This document shows positions 12,861 to 26,698 of a stretch of DNA of 64,000 nt, one piece after another. Numbering within the stretch: position 1 is the first letter of the stretch; every line of letters begins with the position of its first letter. Below the pieces are notes generated by a model. It was not told the DNA's origin, did no database searches, and saw only the letters and a list, made by a program, of their open reading frames with translations. Source of the stretch: Mobula birostris. Lineage: Eukaryota. The position numbers and the translations under genes were made by a program. The stretch spans positions 21,772,630 through 21,836,629 of the forward strand of contig NC_092397.1 in the NCBI RefSeq assembly GCF_030028105.1. The letters are read 5' to 3'.

Positions 12861-13744
12861 TGTTACGTACCCCGTAACTGGGTTGCCAAACCAGCAGAAA
12901 TGGATCACTCAGTTGGAGTCTGGATTAGTGGAACTAAGAAAGTTTTATTAAAGAAACAAGCAACACAGTAATCGAAAGGATAATAAATGCAACAGTTCAG
13001 CAATGATAAACACACATGTGCACAGAATTAAGATAACAGCATCAATCAAGCTCTATCATTGTCTAGGGGTAAATGACCAAATTTCAAAGTGACACAAAGT
13101 TCAGTGCAATTTAGTTCAGTTCGCAGTAATCGTTGTCATGGCGATGGACAACGTGGGGGGAGCGAGAGAGAGAGAACGGGAACGACTGATCATTCAGACA
13201 CGGCTTCCACTCACAGACCGGCGATATTGCTCACAAGCAGCTTCCGGGCAGGTCCTTGGTGATGTCACCTGAGGTCACTGACTGTGACCCCTCCTCCAGA
13301 TGCGGTCGATCCTCTGCAGTGAACCCGGCACCCAAGCGAGGGTGGACACACACCGGGTTCCCGCTGATCGTACCTTTCCACCCTGTGCGTTTAAGGCTGA
13401 TCCCCCGATCAGCCATCCAAGAGCTTCTCACCGACTTGTGAGAGGCGCACCGCTTCCAGGGTCTCGTTACCTCGGGTGTCGTGTGTCCTGCCTTAGCGAA
13501 CCTGTCCCTTTTTATCCCCCTGCTGGGGTATCGCCTGTCCATCACTTAAAACAGTTCAGGGTTCAAAGGGGGAGCCGATCTTGGCAATACCCAGATTGAT
13601 GGCTCCTTCATTACCATCTCCACATGCTGCTTCATTGTTCCTTATCTCTCCTTCCCCCTGAGGACAGGTGGCAGACCAACTGCTGATGCCACTGATGCTA
13701 ACCCAGCCAGCAAACATCTTAATTTTATGTGTATTCTCGTCACA
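12861..13744 (-). mobile_element. Solo LTR (884 bp) with 4-bp target-site duplication CCTC
   Basis: Ends TGTTACG...CGTCACA, CCTC on both sides. AATAAA (~12944) and TATA-like GATAAAA (~13510) on the minus strand. Empty site present in the other arm at ~53950-53960. Confidence 0.88.
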
Positions 13745-14880
13745 CCTCCCTTTTGGTTTTACATTAGCTTTGATTTCCTTGTCAGCCACGGTTGTACTAT
13801 TTTGCCATTTGAGTATTTATTTGTTTTTGGAAAACATTCATCCTGCACCTCCCTCATTCTCCCCAGAAACTGTTGCTTCTCTGCTGCCATCCCTGCCAGC
13901 ATCTCCTTCCAATTTATTTTAGCCAACTCTTCTCTCATACCACTGTAACTGCCTTTACTCCACTGAAACACTGCTGTGTCAGACTGTACATTCTCCCTAT
14001 CCAGTTTCAGGTTGAACTCAATGATACTGAGATCACTGCCTCCTAAGGGTTCTTTTACCTTAAGCTCCCCAATCACCTCCAGTTTATTCAATATCACACA
14101 ATCCAGTATAGCTGTTCCCCTAGTAACTCAATGACAAACTGCTCCAAAAAGCCATCTGTTCGGCATTCACCAAACTCACTCTCGAGATCTATTTCCAACC
14201 TGATTTTTCCCAATCGACCTGCATGTTAAAATCTCCCATGACTCCGATGAAATCTCCCACAACATTGCCCTTTTGACCTGCCTTTTCTATTTCCTGTTGT
14301 AATCTGTGGTCCACATACCAGCAACTGTTGGGAGGCCTGTAAACAACTACCATCAACGTCTTTTTTACACTTGCAGTTTTTAAACTCAACTCACAAGGAT
14401 TCAACATCTTCCGATCCTGTGTCACATCTTTCTACTGATTTGTTACCATTCTTTACCAGCAGAGCCATGCCATCTCCATTGTCTACCTTCCTATCCCTCT
14501 GATACGTGTAACCTGGGGCATTTAGCTCCGGACTAGAAACAACCTTCAGCCGTGATTTAGTGAAGGTCACAACATTAAACATGACAATCCGTAATAGGGC
14601 AATAAGATTATCCACCTTATTTCTTACACTCTGTGTATTGAGATATAACAGTTTGAGTTCTGCATTTGCTACCCTAATTGATTTTGCATCCCTCATGCAC
14701 TGATACTCACCCTGCTGGCTGCAGTTATGTCCTGTCATCTGCCTGCCCTTCCTGACAGTGTGACTGCATGCGATCTTTGCTTTTTTACCATCTGTTCTAT
14801 CCTGCATCCTTTCACACCAGTTCCCATGCTCCTGCCAAATTAATTTAAACCCTCCCCAACCGCTCTAACAAACCAGCAGT
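13745..14880 (-). mobile_element. CR1 endonuclease-region remnant
   Basis: LYLNTQSVRNK, VVYRPPN, MGDFN, EPLGGSD motifs. Mirror at ~52830-53965. Confidence 0.8.
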
Positions 14881-16224
14881 ATGCCCACAAGAAACTAACC
14901 TCAGGGTTGTATATGGTGACAGAAATGTATTTTGATAATACATTTACTTTCAGCTTTGAACTTTGTAGTAGAGAGCCAGGTGTTGTACTGGTCTGTGTCC
15001 TCACTGGCTGGTGCTGTGCTCTGGCAGCTCCGTGTGCTTGGTATATAGTGTCAGTGTTTCGACAGAAGTGTGTCCTTATTACACAATTGATCTTGTCCAT
15101 CCTGGAGTTTTGTAGATTCACTGGCGACCAGAGTGATTTTTTTCAGACTATTATTGGGCGGAGAATCATTCTGTGATCGTCGAGACTATTTGACCCATCA
15201 AATTTATACCAACTCCTGCTACAACATTTCCACAATCCCATTCCCCACTCTGTCCCCACAGCTCTGCAGGTCATTTCCCCTGAAGGACCTGTCTAATTCC
15301 TCCTAGAACACTGGTTGTTCCTCCCACCACTCTGCTGAGTCCCATATTTCCCAAGGTGAAGTCAAGAATGTCCCCCTCCCTGGTGGACCACATATTGTTT
15401 CAGGAAACCTTCCTGAACACAGATAATGCTCCATCCAAGCCTTAGGGTGCAAGGGAGTCCCAGTTACTCTGGGGAGATTATTCACTCACCACATCTACTC
15501 TGTAGTTTTTACATCAGTCCATAACCTGCCGACATATCTGTTCCTCTCTTACTGGCCGTTGTGAGGCTTCCAGTATAATCCTAGCACGGGGATTGCTCCT
15601 TTCTTATTCCTGAACTCCACCCACATTGTCTGACTGGAGGAGCCTCCAGAGTGACCTCGACCTTGTGACATTCTGCCTGATCAGCCGTACAGATCCCCAA
15701 CCTCATTCACCTCCCTCTGGACTGCCTGAATCATCTGAATCCTGGAATGTTTCACTTCCACTCTTGCCCTTCTCTCAGCTGGATCTCTGTAAACACAAAA
15801 TACTCTGTGGATGCTGGGGTTAAAGCAACATGCACACCACGCTGGAGGAACTCAGCAGGTCGGGCAGCATCCGTGGAAACGAAAAGTCACCGTTTTGGGC
15901 CGGAACTGTGATACCTTTTTTTTTCCTTCCCTCGCTAGTGAGTGGTACTGGGATTATCCCCCACCCCCACCACAGAGTTTCTACTTAACTTTTCCCCAAC
16001 TCCCTAAGTTCTCTTTGCAGGACTTTGTCTCTTTTGTTAGAGCCAATATGGACCACGACCTCTGGCTGCTCACCCTGCCCTTTCAGAATGGCCTGTACTT
16101 GTTCAGTTCCATCCCTGTCCCTGGTACCAGGGAGGTAATGCACCATCCTGCAGTCTCTCTCCTTACCACAGATACACCTGTCTGTGACCCTGGCTAAAGA
16201 CTCCCCTGTCACTGAGGCTCACCG

Positions 16225-17025
16225 AGAACACAGAACAGTACAGCACAGGAACAGACCCTTCTTCCCATGATGTCTGTGCTGAACACGATGCCAAATGAAA
16301 CTTAATCTCTTCTGCCTGCTTATAATTCATGTGCTTAAATTCTGTGAATATTCATGGATTTGTCTAAAACTCTGTTAAATGTCATTATCGTATCTGCTTC
16401 CACCACTCCCCATGGCAGCCCATACCTGGCCCTCACCACTCTCTGCACAAAAACAGAAATCTTACCTGCCCTAACGTCCACCTTTAAATTCTCACCCTAG
16501 CATTTTAAAGCTGCACCTTCTCATATTTGATATTTCTACCCTGGCAAAATGAATCTGCCTGTTTACCTTGTCTACACATCTCATAGTTTTATAATCTTCG
16601 GTCAGGTCTCCCCTCAGTCTCCTTCACTCCAGGGAAGACAGTCCCAGTCGGTCTGATCTTTCCTTGTAACTCAAGCCCCCAGTCCAGATAACATTCCTGT
16701 GAATCGTTTGTGCACCTTTCCAGTTTAATCACATCCTTCCTCTCATGTGACCAGAACTGCACAGGGTACTCCTGGTGTGGTGTCATTATTGATATGTACA
16801 ACTGTAATGTGATGACCCAACTCCTCTCATAGCCTTTGCCGATGAAGACAAGCATGTCGTGTTCCTTCTTCACCACCTTTTCTACCTGTGTTGGCACTTT
16901 CAGGGAATTACGTACCTGTGCCCCAGGTTTCTCTTTCATCAACACTCCTCAGGACCCTCCATTCACTGGGTACGTCCTGACTTGCTTTAACTTCCCAAAA
17001 TCCATCATTGTGCACTTGTCTGTCA
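16225..17025 (-). mobile_element. CR1 3' fragment (decayed)
   Basis: LQLY..TPHQEYPVQFW..RKDVIKLER and a TGTTCTG tail. Mirror at ~50070-50870. Confidence 0.75.
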
Positions 17026-18721
17026 CAGTAACAACACTTCTCTGTTTCTCCGCACCAACACCCCAGCAGTAAATGTCAATGGACCATTCACCTCTGAACC
17101 TTGGTCATATATAGTTTTATGAACCACTCACTGCACCCGTCTCTATTTTGTTGTGTAGTTCAGCACCTTGACCCCTCTCTATTTCTCTCGTTTACAATTT
17201 ATCTCCACATAAATCACAGTCTGACTTTTGATTCCTCCTACCATTCTACATGCCATCATACTTCACCACATTAAACTCCATTTACCAAGTATTCTACTCA
17301 CCAGCTTCTTCTTATCCTGTTGGAGAGATGAAATGTCCAATCACAACATGTCCTTCACCACATTCCCTGTCATTGACCTCCTTCCTCTGGGTCATTAATA
17401 TCAATAACAAATCATTGTCGATCCAGAACTGGTCACTGAGAAACTCCACTAGTAATATCATCCCAGTCTGAAACAGACCTGTTATTCTGTCTCAGTATGA
17501 TGACCAGTCTTCAGTCAGTATTAACACACTTCCTTCCCAGTACTGAGCTCTGGTCTTGTGCACCAGCCTTACATGTGGCACCTTGGCAAATGGCTCCCGA
17601 AAATCCAAAAACACCACTTCTCCAACTTCTCCTGTAAAGTCTCAAATCTCTGGTATGTTTGTCAAACATGCCTAAACATTCAACAACCCAGTTTACAGGG
17701 TCCAAGACCAGGTTCCAGATGGACAGGGTGGTGAAGAGGCTTTTGGAACACTGGCCTTCAGTCAGGGCACCGAATATAGAAGCTGGGATGAAATGTTGCA
17801 GTTGTCCAACACGTTGGTTTGGCCGCATTTCGCAAATAGTGTTTAGTTTCAGTGACCCTGCTGTCTGACAGACACCATTAAGCTGGGAAGAGAGCAGAGG
17901 AGATTTACGAGGATGTTGCTGGATCTTGAAGGACTGATTTGTGGAAAGCATTTTGGTCAATTTTCCCTGGAATGTTGGAGAATGAGTAATGATATTGCAG
18001 AGGTGTATAAAATTATAAGGGGCCTGAGTTGGGTCAGAGATAACAATCATTTTGCCAGTGTTGGGGAATCAAGAACTGGAGGGCATTGGTTTAAGATGAG
18101 CTTTAATAGGAACCTGAAGGGCAACTTTTCCAGTTGGTGGTGGTGAGGGGGTTACAGACCACGAGCTCAGATGGAAACGTTGGTCATCGTGGACAATTTG
18201 AACTGAAGGTCTTGTTTCTGTGCTGTGTGAATCTGACTGTAAACCCTGTTGACTTAGTTCAATGACATTGAACTTTTCGAAATGATTTGCTATTTCTTGA
18301 TAGATTATCAACTGCAGTACCTGAAGTGAAGTTAACAGGACTACAGTTACCTTCCACCCTTCTTCAACAATGGTTTTCAACTAACTGGGACCTTTCTGTA
18401 ACAGTGAGTTTTGACAGACTTCAATGTCTCTCCTTTCTCTCCAGACTTTAGTGCAGGTCGTTGGGACCTGGTAATGTCTGCTTTTAGTCCCATTAGTTTC
18501 TCCCTGGAGACGGCGGTTGTTACACATTATGGCACAATATTGAAATGTCACCATCAGATATCTGTGGGATGTTTTCTGTGTCCCCACTGTGAACACTAAC
18601 TCCTTGTTGGTCTGATGGTCTGATGTTCAGTGCAGACTGGCAATCCTGCGACACCGCTGGTGCTTGACTCCATCGGTCTCCGCTGTTGCTCTGGAATCAT
18701 CAGCTCCTGCATGGGCGACTG

Positions 18722-20211
18722 CTTGCTTCACGTATCGTACGTCCCCGACTTGCTTTACGTATCGTACGTCCCCGACTTGCTTTACGTATCGTACGTCCCC
18801 GACTTGCTTTACGTTTCGTACGTCACCGACTTGCTTTACGTATCGTACGTCCCCGACTTGCTTTACGTATCGTACGTCCCCGACTTGCTTTACGTTTCGT
18901 ACGTCCCCGACTTGCTTTACGTTTCGTACGTCCCCGACTTGCTTTACGTATCGTACGTCCCCGACTTGCTTTACGTTTCGTACGTCGCCGACTTGCTTTA
19001 CGTATCGTACGTCCCCGACTTGCTTTACGTTTCGTACGTCCCCGACTTGCTTTACGTTTCGTACGTCCCCGACTTGCTTTACGTATCGTACGTCCCCGAC
19101 TTGCTTTACGTTTCGTACGTCGCCGACTTGCTTTACGTTTCGTACGTCCCCGACTTGCTTTACGTTTCGTACGTCCCCGACTTGCTTTACGTATCGTACG
19201 TCCCCGACTTGCTTTACGTTTCGTACGTCCCCGACTTGCTTTACGTATCGTACGTCCCCGACTTGCTTTACGTATCGTACGTCCCCGACTTGCTTTACGT
19301 TTCGTACGTCCCCGACTTGCTTTACGTATCGTACGTCCCCGACTTGCTTTACGTTTCGTACGTCCCCGACTTGCTTTACGTTTCGTACGTCCCCGACTTG
19401 CTTTACGTATCGTACTTCCCCGACTTGCTTTACGTTTCGTACGTCCCCGACTTGCTTTACGTTTCGTACGTCCCCGACTTGCTTTACGTTTCGTACGTCC
19501 CCGACTTGCTTTACGTATCGTACGTCCCCGACTTGCTTTACGTTTCGTACGTCCCCGACTTGCTTTACGTATCGTACGTCCCCGACTTGCTTTACGTTTC
19601 GTACGTCCCCGACTTGCTTTACGTATCGTACGTCCCCGACTTGCTTTACGTATCGTACGTCCCCGACTTGCTTTACGTTTCGTACGTCCCCGACTTGCTT
19701 TACGTATCGTACGTCCCCGACTTGCTTTACGTCTCGTACGTCCCCGACTTGCTTTACGTATCGTACGTCCCCGACTTGCTTTACGTTTCGTACGTCCCCG
19801 ACTTGCTTCACGTATCGTACGTCCCCGACTTGCTTTACGTATCGTACGTCCCCGACTTGCTTTACGTATCGTACGTCCCCGACTTGCTTTACGTTTCGTA
19901 CGTCCCCGACTTGCTTTACGTATCGTACGTCCCCGACTTGCTTTACGTTTCGTACGTCCCCGACTTGCTTTACGTTTCGTACGTCCCCGACTTGCTTTAC
20001 GTATCGTACGTCCCCGACTTGCTTTACGTTTCGTACGTCCCCGACTTGCTTTACGTATCGTACGTCCCCGACTTGCTTTACGTATCGTACGTCCCCGACT
20101 TGCTTTACGTTTCGTACGTCGCCGACTTGCTTTACGTTTCGTACGTCCCCGACTTGCTTTACGTTTCGTACGTCCCTGACTTGCTTTACGTTTCGTACTT
20201 CCCCGACTTGC
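18722..20211. repeat. Minisatellite, ~55 x 27 bp, consensus CTTGCTTTACGT(A/T)TCGTACGTCCCCGA
   Basis: Directly visible. The span is 1490 bp (55 units plus 5 nt), with a 9-aa periodicity in five reading frames. Confidence 0.98.
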
Positions 20212-20290
20212 ATATCGACTTCCACAGCTAGGGCGCAATATCCATGGTCGACCCTGACCAGCGGAGAGCCATCACCAACATGCTTGCATG

Positions 20291-20640
20291 TGGCCTCCTC
20301 TACTGCTACGACGAAGCCAAATACAGGTTAGCCAAACAACACCTCATATTCTGACTGTGCAGCCTCCAATCTTGATAGAATGAACATTGATTTCTACCAA
20401 TTCCGGATATCACTGCACTCTGTTTCCCTCACCCCCACTTCTTTTCACCCATTCTGATACCATTTAACCCCTTCACCTCTCTTCACACACCCTCATGACC
20501 TGCCCATCAACTCTGTCTGGTTCTCCACCTCCTTCGTGTCATCCCATGGTCCAAAGTTCTCTCCTATTGGATTTCATCGCTTTGCCTTTTCTGCCTGTCA
20601 CCCAGCTCCTCAGATCATCATCCCTCCACAAACCACACGT
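20291..20640 (+). mobile_element. Penelope-like element 3' remnant (end of GIY-YIG region plus pyrimidine-rich tail)
   Basis: GGCCTCCTCTACTGC...CAACACCTCATATTC...AGCCTCCAA...ATGAACATTGATTTC, reading QHLIF.L.SLQ...MNIDF, typical of Penelope GIY-YIG C-termini. Confidence 0.65.
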
Positions 20641-20649
20641 TCCCTAAGG

Positions 20650-21012
20650 ATGAGCTGTACTTAATGCAATCTGCAAGAGGACTGAGACTTCAGAAAAGAT
20701 TTGTTTTCCAGCAAGACAATGACTGCGAGCTTAAAACCAAAGCTGCACAGGAATGCCTTAAGACAGCACAGTTCATGTCCTGGTGTGGCCAAGTCAGAGT
20801 CCAGACCTCAGTCTGTGGCTGGACTTGAAAAGGGCTGTTCACTCATAAACTCTGTGCATTCTGACAGACCTTGAGCAGTTTTGTAAGGAAGAATGGGAAA
20901 AATTGCAGTGTCCAGATGTGCAAAGCTGATAGTGACCTATCCACATAGACTCATGGTTGTAATTGCTGCCAACGGTCCATCGACTAAATACTGACTTGAA
21001 GGAGGTGAATAC
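20650..21012 (+). mobile_element. Tc1 transposase 3' fragment
   Basis: FQQDND and WPSQSPDL motifs. Mirror of 46855-47215. Confidence 0.75.
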
Positions 21013-21619
21013 ACCTACCTGCACAGGGTCCATTCCCTGTACGTTATATTACATGACACCCTTACTCTTATGCTTAACAACCTGACCAGTGGAAACCAGC
21101 ATTCTGCACACCTTATCCCGTTGTGTAGCCACATTCAGTGAACTATGTGCCTGGATCCCAAGATCACTCTTTACACCAATGCTGTGAAGGGGTCAGACAT
21201 TAACATTATACTTGCTTCTTTCATTTGACCTCCCAAACTGCAACGCCACATTCCCTCCCAGATTAAATTCCTTCTGCAGCTACTCTGCATATCTGTTTGT
21301 GATCTGTATCCCACTGTGTGCATTGATCAATATCTACACTGTCCACAATTCCACCTATCTTGCTGTCACCTGTAGACTTGTAAACCGCCCATCAACATTT
21401 TCATCCAAACATCGATATATATCAGAAACAACATAATTCCCAGCATCAATCCTTGTGGATCACCACTGCTCACAGACTTCCAGCCCTACTTAGCCTTCTA
21501 TGAGAAAGCCATTTCTGAATTGAAATTGCAATTTATATTGAATCCCACTGCTCTTTTTCAAATGCCGTACTGAGGTTTATGTGGATCATGTCCACAGCCT
21601 TGCCCTCATCAAGCACCAA

Positions 21620-22565
21620 GATGTTGGGTCTCATTCTTTTCACATTATATGTCAATGATTTGGATGATGGAATTCATGAATTTATTGCAAAATTTGCAGA
21701 TGATATGAAGAGACAGGTGGAGGTGCAGGTATTTTTGAGGAAATAGGGAAGGACAGACAGATGAAGAGAATGGGCAAAGAAGTGGCAGATGGAATACAGA
21801 ATTGGGAAGTGTATGGTCATGCACTTTGGTTGAAGAAATAGTAGGGTTGATTATTTTCTAAATGGAGAGAAGATACAAAAAATTGAGGTACAAAGGGATT
21901 TGGGAGTCATTGTGCAGGATTCTCTAAAGGCTAATTTGCAGGTTGGGTCTCTGCTGAGAAAGGCAACTGTGATGTTAGCATTCATTTCAAGAGGACTGGA
22001 ATATAAAAACAAGACTGTAATGTTGAGACTTTATGAAGTACTGGCAAAGTCTCACTTGGAGTATTGGGAGCAGTTTTGGGCCCTGTATGGAAGGCTGAGC
22101 TGAAACTGGATGGGTTTCGAACGAGATTCTCTGAAATGATTCCAGGATCAAACAGCTTGTCATATGAAGAACATTTCATGGCTCTGGGCCTTTTATTCAC
22201 TGGAATTGAGAACAATGAGGGATGACTAATTGAAACCTATCACTGTGATAAAGTTGATGTGGAGAGGATGGGAGTGTAAGACCAGAGGACACAGCCGCAG
22301 AATAGAGGAGCATCCTTTTAGAATGGAGATGAGGAGGAATTTCTTTAGAGAGAGTGGTGAATCTGTGGAATTCGTTGTCACAGGCAGCAGCTGTGGAGGC
22401 CAAGGTATATTTAAGGTAGAGATCGATAGATTCTTGATTGGTCAGAGCATGAAGGGACACATGGAGAAGGCAGGAGATTGGGGCTGAGAGGAAAAATGGA
22501 TCAGCCACAATGAAATGTCAGAGCAGACTCGATGGGCCAAATGGTCTAATTCTACTCCTATACCT
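21620..22565 (+). mobile_element. CR1 3' fragment
   Basis: KFADD, MLAFISRGLEYK, HLEYWEQFW, FRMEMRRNFF. Confidence 0.85.
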
Positions 22566-24385
22566 TAGTCTCTGTCATCACCTCACAAACCTCGAGCAAC
22601 TTTGTCAAGCATGATCTGCCCACACAAAACCATGCTGATTGTCCCTAAGCAGGCCATGCCTTTGCAAATGTGCATAAATCCTGTACCTCAATATTTAACT
22701 CTGACCTGGTGGTCTTTAAACAACTCCCACATGTGTCTGCTCCCAATCAATGCCCCTTGGCTTCTGTCTTACTACGTCCTAACTTGCCCTCCTGCAATTT
22801 AGTACCTTCTTACAAGATCTAATTTTATTCTTACTCATAACTAAGAAAAATATAAGATCCCAAAATTTTCACTGAGTCTTGGCTGTCTCCTGGTCTGGTT
22901 CATTTCCCAAAACTAATTCCCACATGTTCTCAACTCTGGTTGGGCTCGACATAATGTTTCAAACTTTCCTCAGATTCACTGAAGAAATCTTGCGCTTCTT
23001 AGTATTGAGCAAATTCCAGTCAATTCTAGGGAACATAAAGTCCCCCCACTGGTTATTGTGGGGCCAGTGCAAACATCCCAACAGTGTAACTGCAGATTGC
23101 CTCTGTAACTGAACCTTCCAGTTTGCAGTGACATTCCCAGTGGGGTAACCTCTGCATCTTTAAACCCCCCCCTCCCACCCCCACTCACATGTAAAACAAT
23201 CAAACCCAGGAATGTTGAGCTGCCAGCCCTGTCCGTCCGACAACATAAAACTCCTAATGTTGAAATAAACTCATTTCAGCCCAGCAATCCCACCATGTTT
23301 ATTAGCCTGACATTGGCGCTCGTTCTTTTCAGACTGTCTTGTCAGACATACATTCTCCCACTTGCTACTCCAGTTCAAACTCTGCCAAGTGACACCATCA
23401 AACCTCCTGGTGAAGATATTGGTTCCGGTCCGGTTCAAATGCAAATGGTCTTGTTTGTCCCGGTCTCCCAGCTGCCTGGACCACCCATGAATCCATGAAT
23501 CTGAAAACCTCCCTCCTGCATCAGTTCCTCAGCAACATATTAAACTGCGCGAAATATCGATTTCTCACCACACTAGCGCATGGTTTTGGTCACAATTCCG
23601 CGATTACAATCCTGGAAGTCCTGCTTTTTTTTAACCTAGTTCTCTAAAACCACTGTGTAGGACTTAACATCGATGCTCGTTTAAACCCTTCCGTGTAGCA
23701 CGAAGAAGGCTCCCCGGAAACATATTGGCTCCCCTCCTCCTTGGACCCGTCTCTCGTTTCCCTTGAGACCCAAAGATCCTTGTACCTGAAGAACCACCCA
23801 CCTCGCACCAGCTCCTCAGCCACCCCTTTACCTGGGCTTTAGAAGGCGCCAGAAGCGCGGTCTATATATCTGGTTATGTATCCTGTTCTTGTATGTGACC
23901 AGTCTTTCATTTCCCTGACGACCCAGAGGAACAATTGTTCTAATGAATCAACCCCCTCATCACTGGAAGTGACTGCACCCTCGCCCACCAACTGCTGTGT
24001 GTGAGGGCGCTGACACTGGTCATGGGGCCGGGAGGGACAGACCGAGGTCCTCGGGGATTTGTAGAATGGAAAAGCACTTCCTTTAATTTAAAGCAGGAGA
24101 ATCGGCAAATTCCCAGAAAACCCCTAGTATGTACGTGGTGTGTGAGGGAGTTTTGTTTTTCGCTGGAGCGCTTTGTGTCGGATGAATCGTTGGAAATTGG
24201 CGGGTGTGGTAAAGTGAAGGCGGAGCTGGACGATGAGAGGCCGCTCTCGGCTCTGTCCGTCACTCTGACTCTGTCTCCTCCCCTCCCCGCCTCTGTCTCT
24301 CTGCGCGTTTCTCGGGCAGGTCGGGGCGCTGTGTATAAAAGGAGACAGCAGCAAGCAGTTTGTCAGTGAGCAGCGACTTGAGTGA

Positions 24386-24706
<321 letters not shown>

Positions 24707-24739
24707 AAAACTCCCACTTCCTCCCGAGCACGAAACAAA

Positions 24740-24755
24740 GGCTCTTCTAAGAGCC
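24740..24755 (+). terminator. Histone mRNA 3' stem-loop (H4)
   Basis: AAA-GGCTCTTCTAAGAGCC-ACCCA. Confidence 0.95.
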
Positions 24756-25377
24756 ACCCACCGCCTCACAGACGGAGCCGTATCCACAGACTTTTAATTA
24801 TTTTTTATCGATACGTCCAGTTCAGTTGCATTTGAAACAGATTGATCGATTCCGCTTGAAACATACTGCAATTTTGCCTTTCCAGTCAGTGATTACCGCA
24901 AAACCTGCATTAGGATCGATTTTAATCCTCTATCAGTTTCGAACAGAAATCAGTTCACTCGTTTAGAGAACGATTCTGCAGTTGTGAATTTAAATCTTAA
25001 CTGAGGAAATTAGATATTAAATTTATTAAACGAAACTGAATTTGTATAATTCGTCATACAATTAATTGTAAATAAAATGTAATCAAGCACCGTTGCTGGA
25101 TGGTCTTCAATTGCCAGGCGATTTTAAATTAATCCGGCGCCAATCACGCTGCATGAATGAAGTCCGACCGCTCGGCAAATTTTTATTTGTCGTAAATTTT
25201 TATTTGCCGCCAGCCTACAGGAAATGAATCAACCAATCGCAGTAAGGAACCTTAATAGACACCTGGTTCAGCCAATCAGAGGTGATGGGCAGACCCTTTC
25301 CAAAAGTATAAAATCCTGTCCCGAAGCACGTTTCGTCTATCTTGTTCCTGTATTTCAGCCCGTGTTGTCGGTTCTGA

Positions 25378-25794
<417 letters not shown>

Positions 25795-25823
25795 ACCCAG
25801 CCTCCACAACAAGCACAAGAAAA

Positions 25824-25839
25824 GGCTCTTTTAAGAGCC
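25824..25839 (+). terminator. Histone mRNA 3' stem-loop (H3)
   Basis: GGCTCTTTTAAGAGCC followed by purine-rich AAAGGAAAGGG downstream element. Confidence 0.95.
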
Positions 25840-26646
25840 ACTACCACAGCAAAGGAAAGGGCTGTCGCTTGCTGATTATTGTAGTGACGATCTGCCTTCC
25901 TGATGGGGTTGTTCGGTTTCGCATTAACTGACCGCAATCATCAGCTGTTCTGTGCCGACAGGTTAATTCAGCAAGAGACAGGAGATGAACGCGCTCCCTC
26001 CCTGTCAGGGTCTCATCTGGCCCTTCACTTCTCCCACAAACCTGGCATGTACAGCTGCTGCGGCTGTTACCGTTTTGTTTTCTTTCGACATGCCCGGCTG
26101 TCCTTGGAGTGGGAGCATGCGGTCGCGATGGGTACAGTGGGAGATTTCCGAGAGCGGTAATTATATATTTTTGATTTTATTCTTGTAAATGTTGTGTAAA
26201 TAAACTTTTGTAGCTGGTACCTGATTGAAGGTCAGTCGGCAAAGTCGCCGGGAAGGTTATCATATATCTTCCCCCTGCAGTCCATCCCCAGAGACAGATC
26301 CCTCTCTCAAGACGCCCCCTCCCCTCTCACATTGGTTTCAGCAGTTCCCAATCAACTCAGCTGAATCGGGCCTTGGGATGCGAGGTGCGGAATCTCAGTC
26401 ACGCTGTCCTGGAGCGGGAGAAGGAACTGGGCCTGCAGACCACCCCACCGGTCTCACTCTCTCTCACACACACACAACCCGAGTGAAACGCAGCGTTTCA
26501 CTTCAAATCTGGGACGTCAGGGCCGCTCTGAATGTCAGAGGTACCGGGAAAATCGGGTTTTATGCGATAAGTTCCCCCGCAAAACTCAGTCGGACCCGGC
26601 GCGGGAATCACAATATTCACGATCAGCTCTTTTCTGAGATGTGGGT

Positions 26647-26662
26647 GGCTCTGAGAAGAGCC
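26647..26662 (-). terminator. Histone mRNA 3' stem-loop (H1)
   Basis: Minus strand GGCTCTTCTCAGAGCC-ACCCA, downstream element GAAAAGAGCTG. Confidence 0.95.
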
Positions 26663-26698
26663 GTTGGGTTCAAACACTTACAAACGGTATACCTTAAT

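Noticed and set aside
18722-20211. CRISPR array
   Set aside because: Units are contiguous with no unique spacers, there are no cas genes, and the context is eukaryotic.
18627-20331. Five ~500-aa ORFs as annotated CDS
   Set aside because: They follow from a stop-poor 27-bp unit, mostly have non-ATG starts and lack gene signals. Kept only as a speculative finding.
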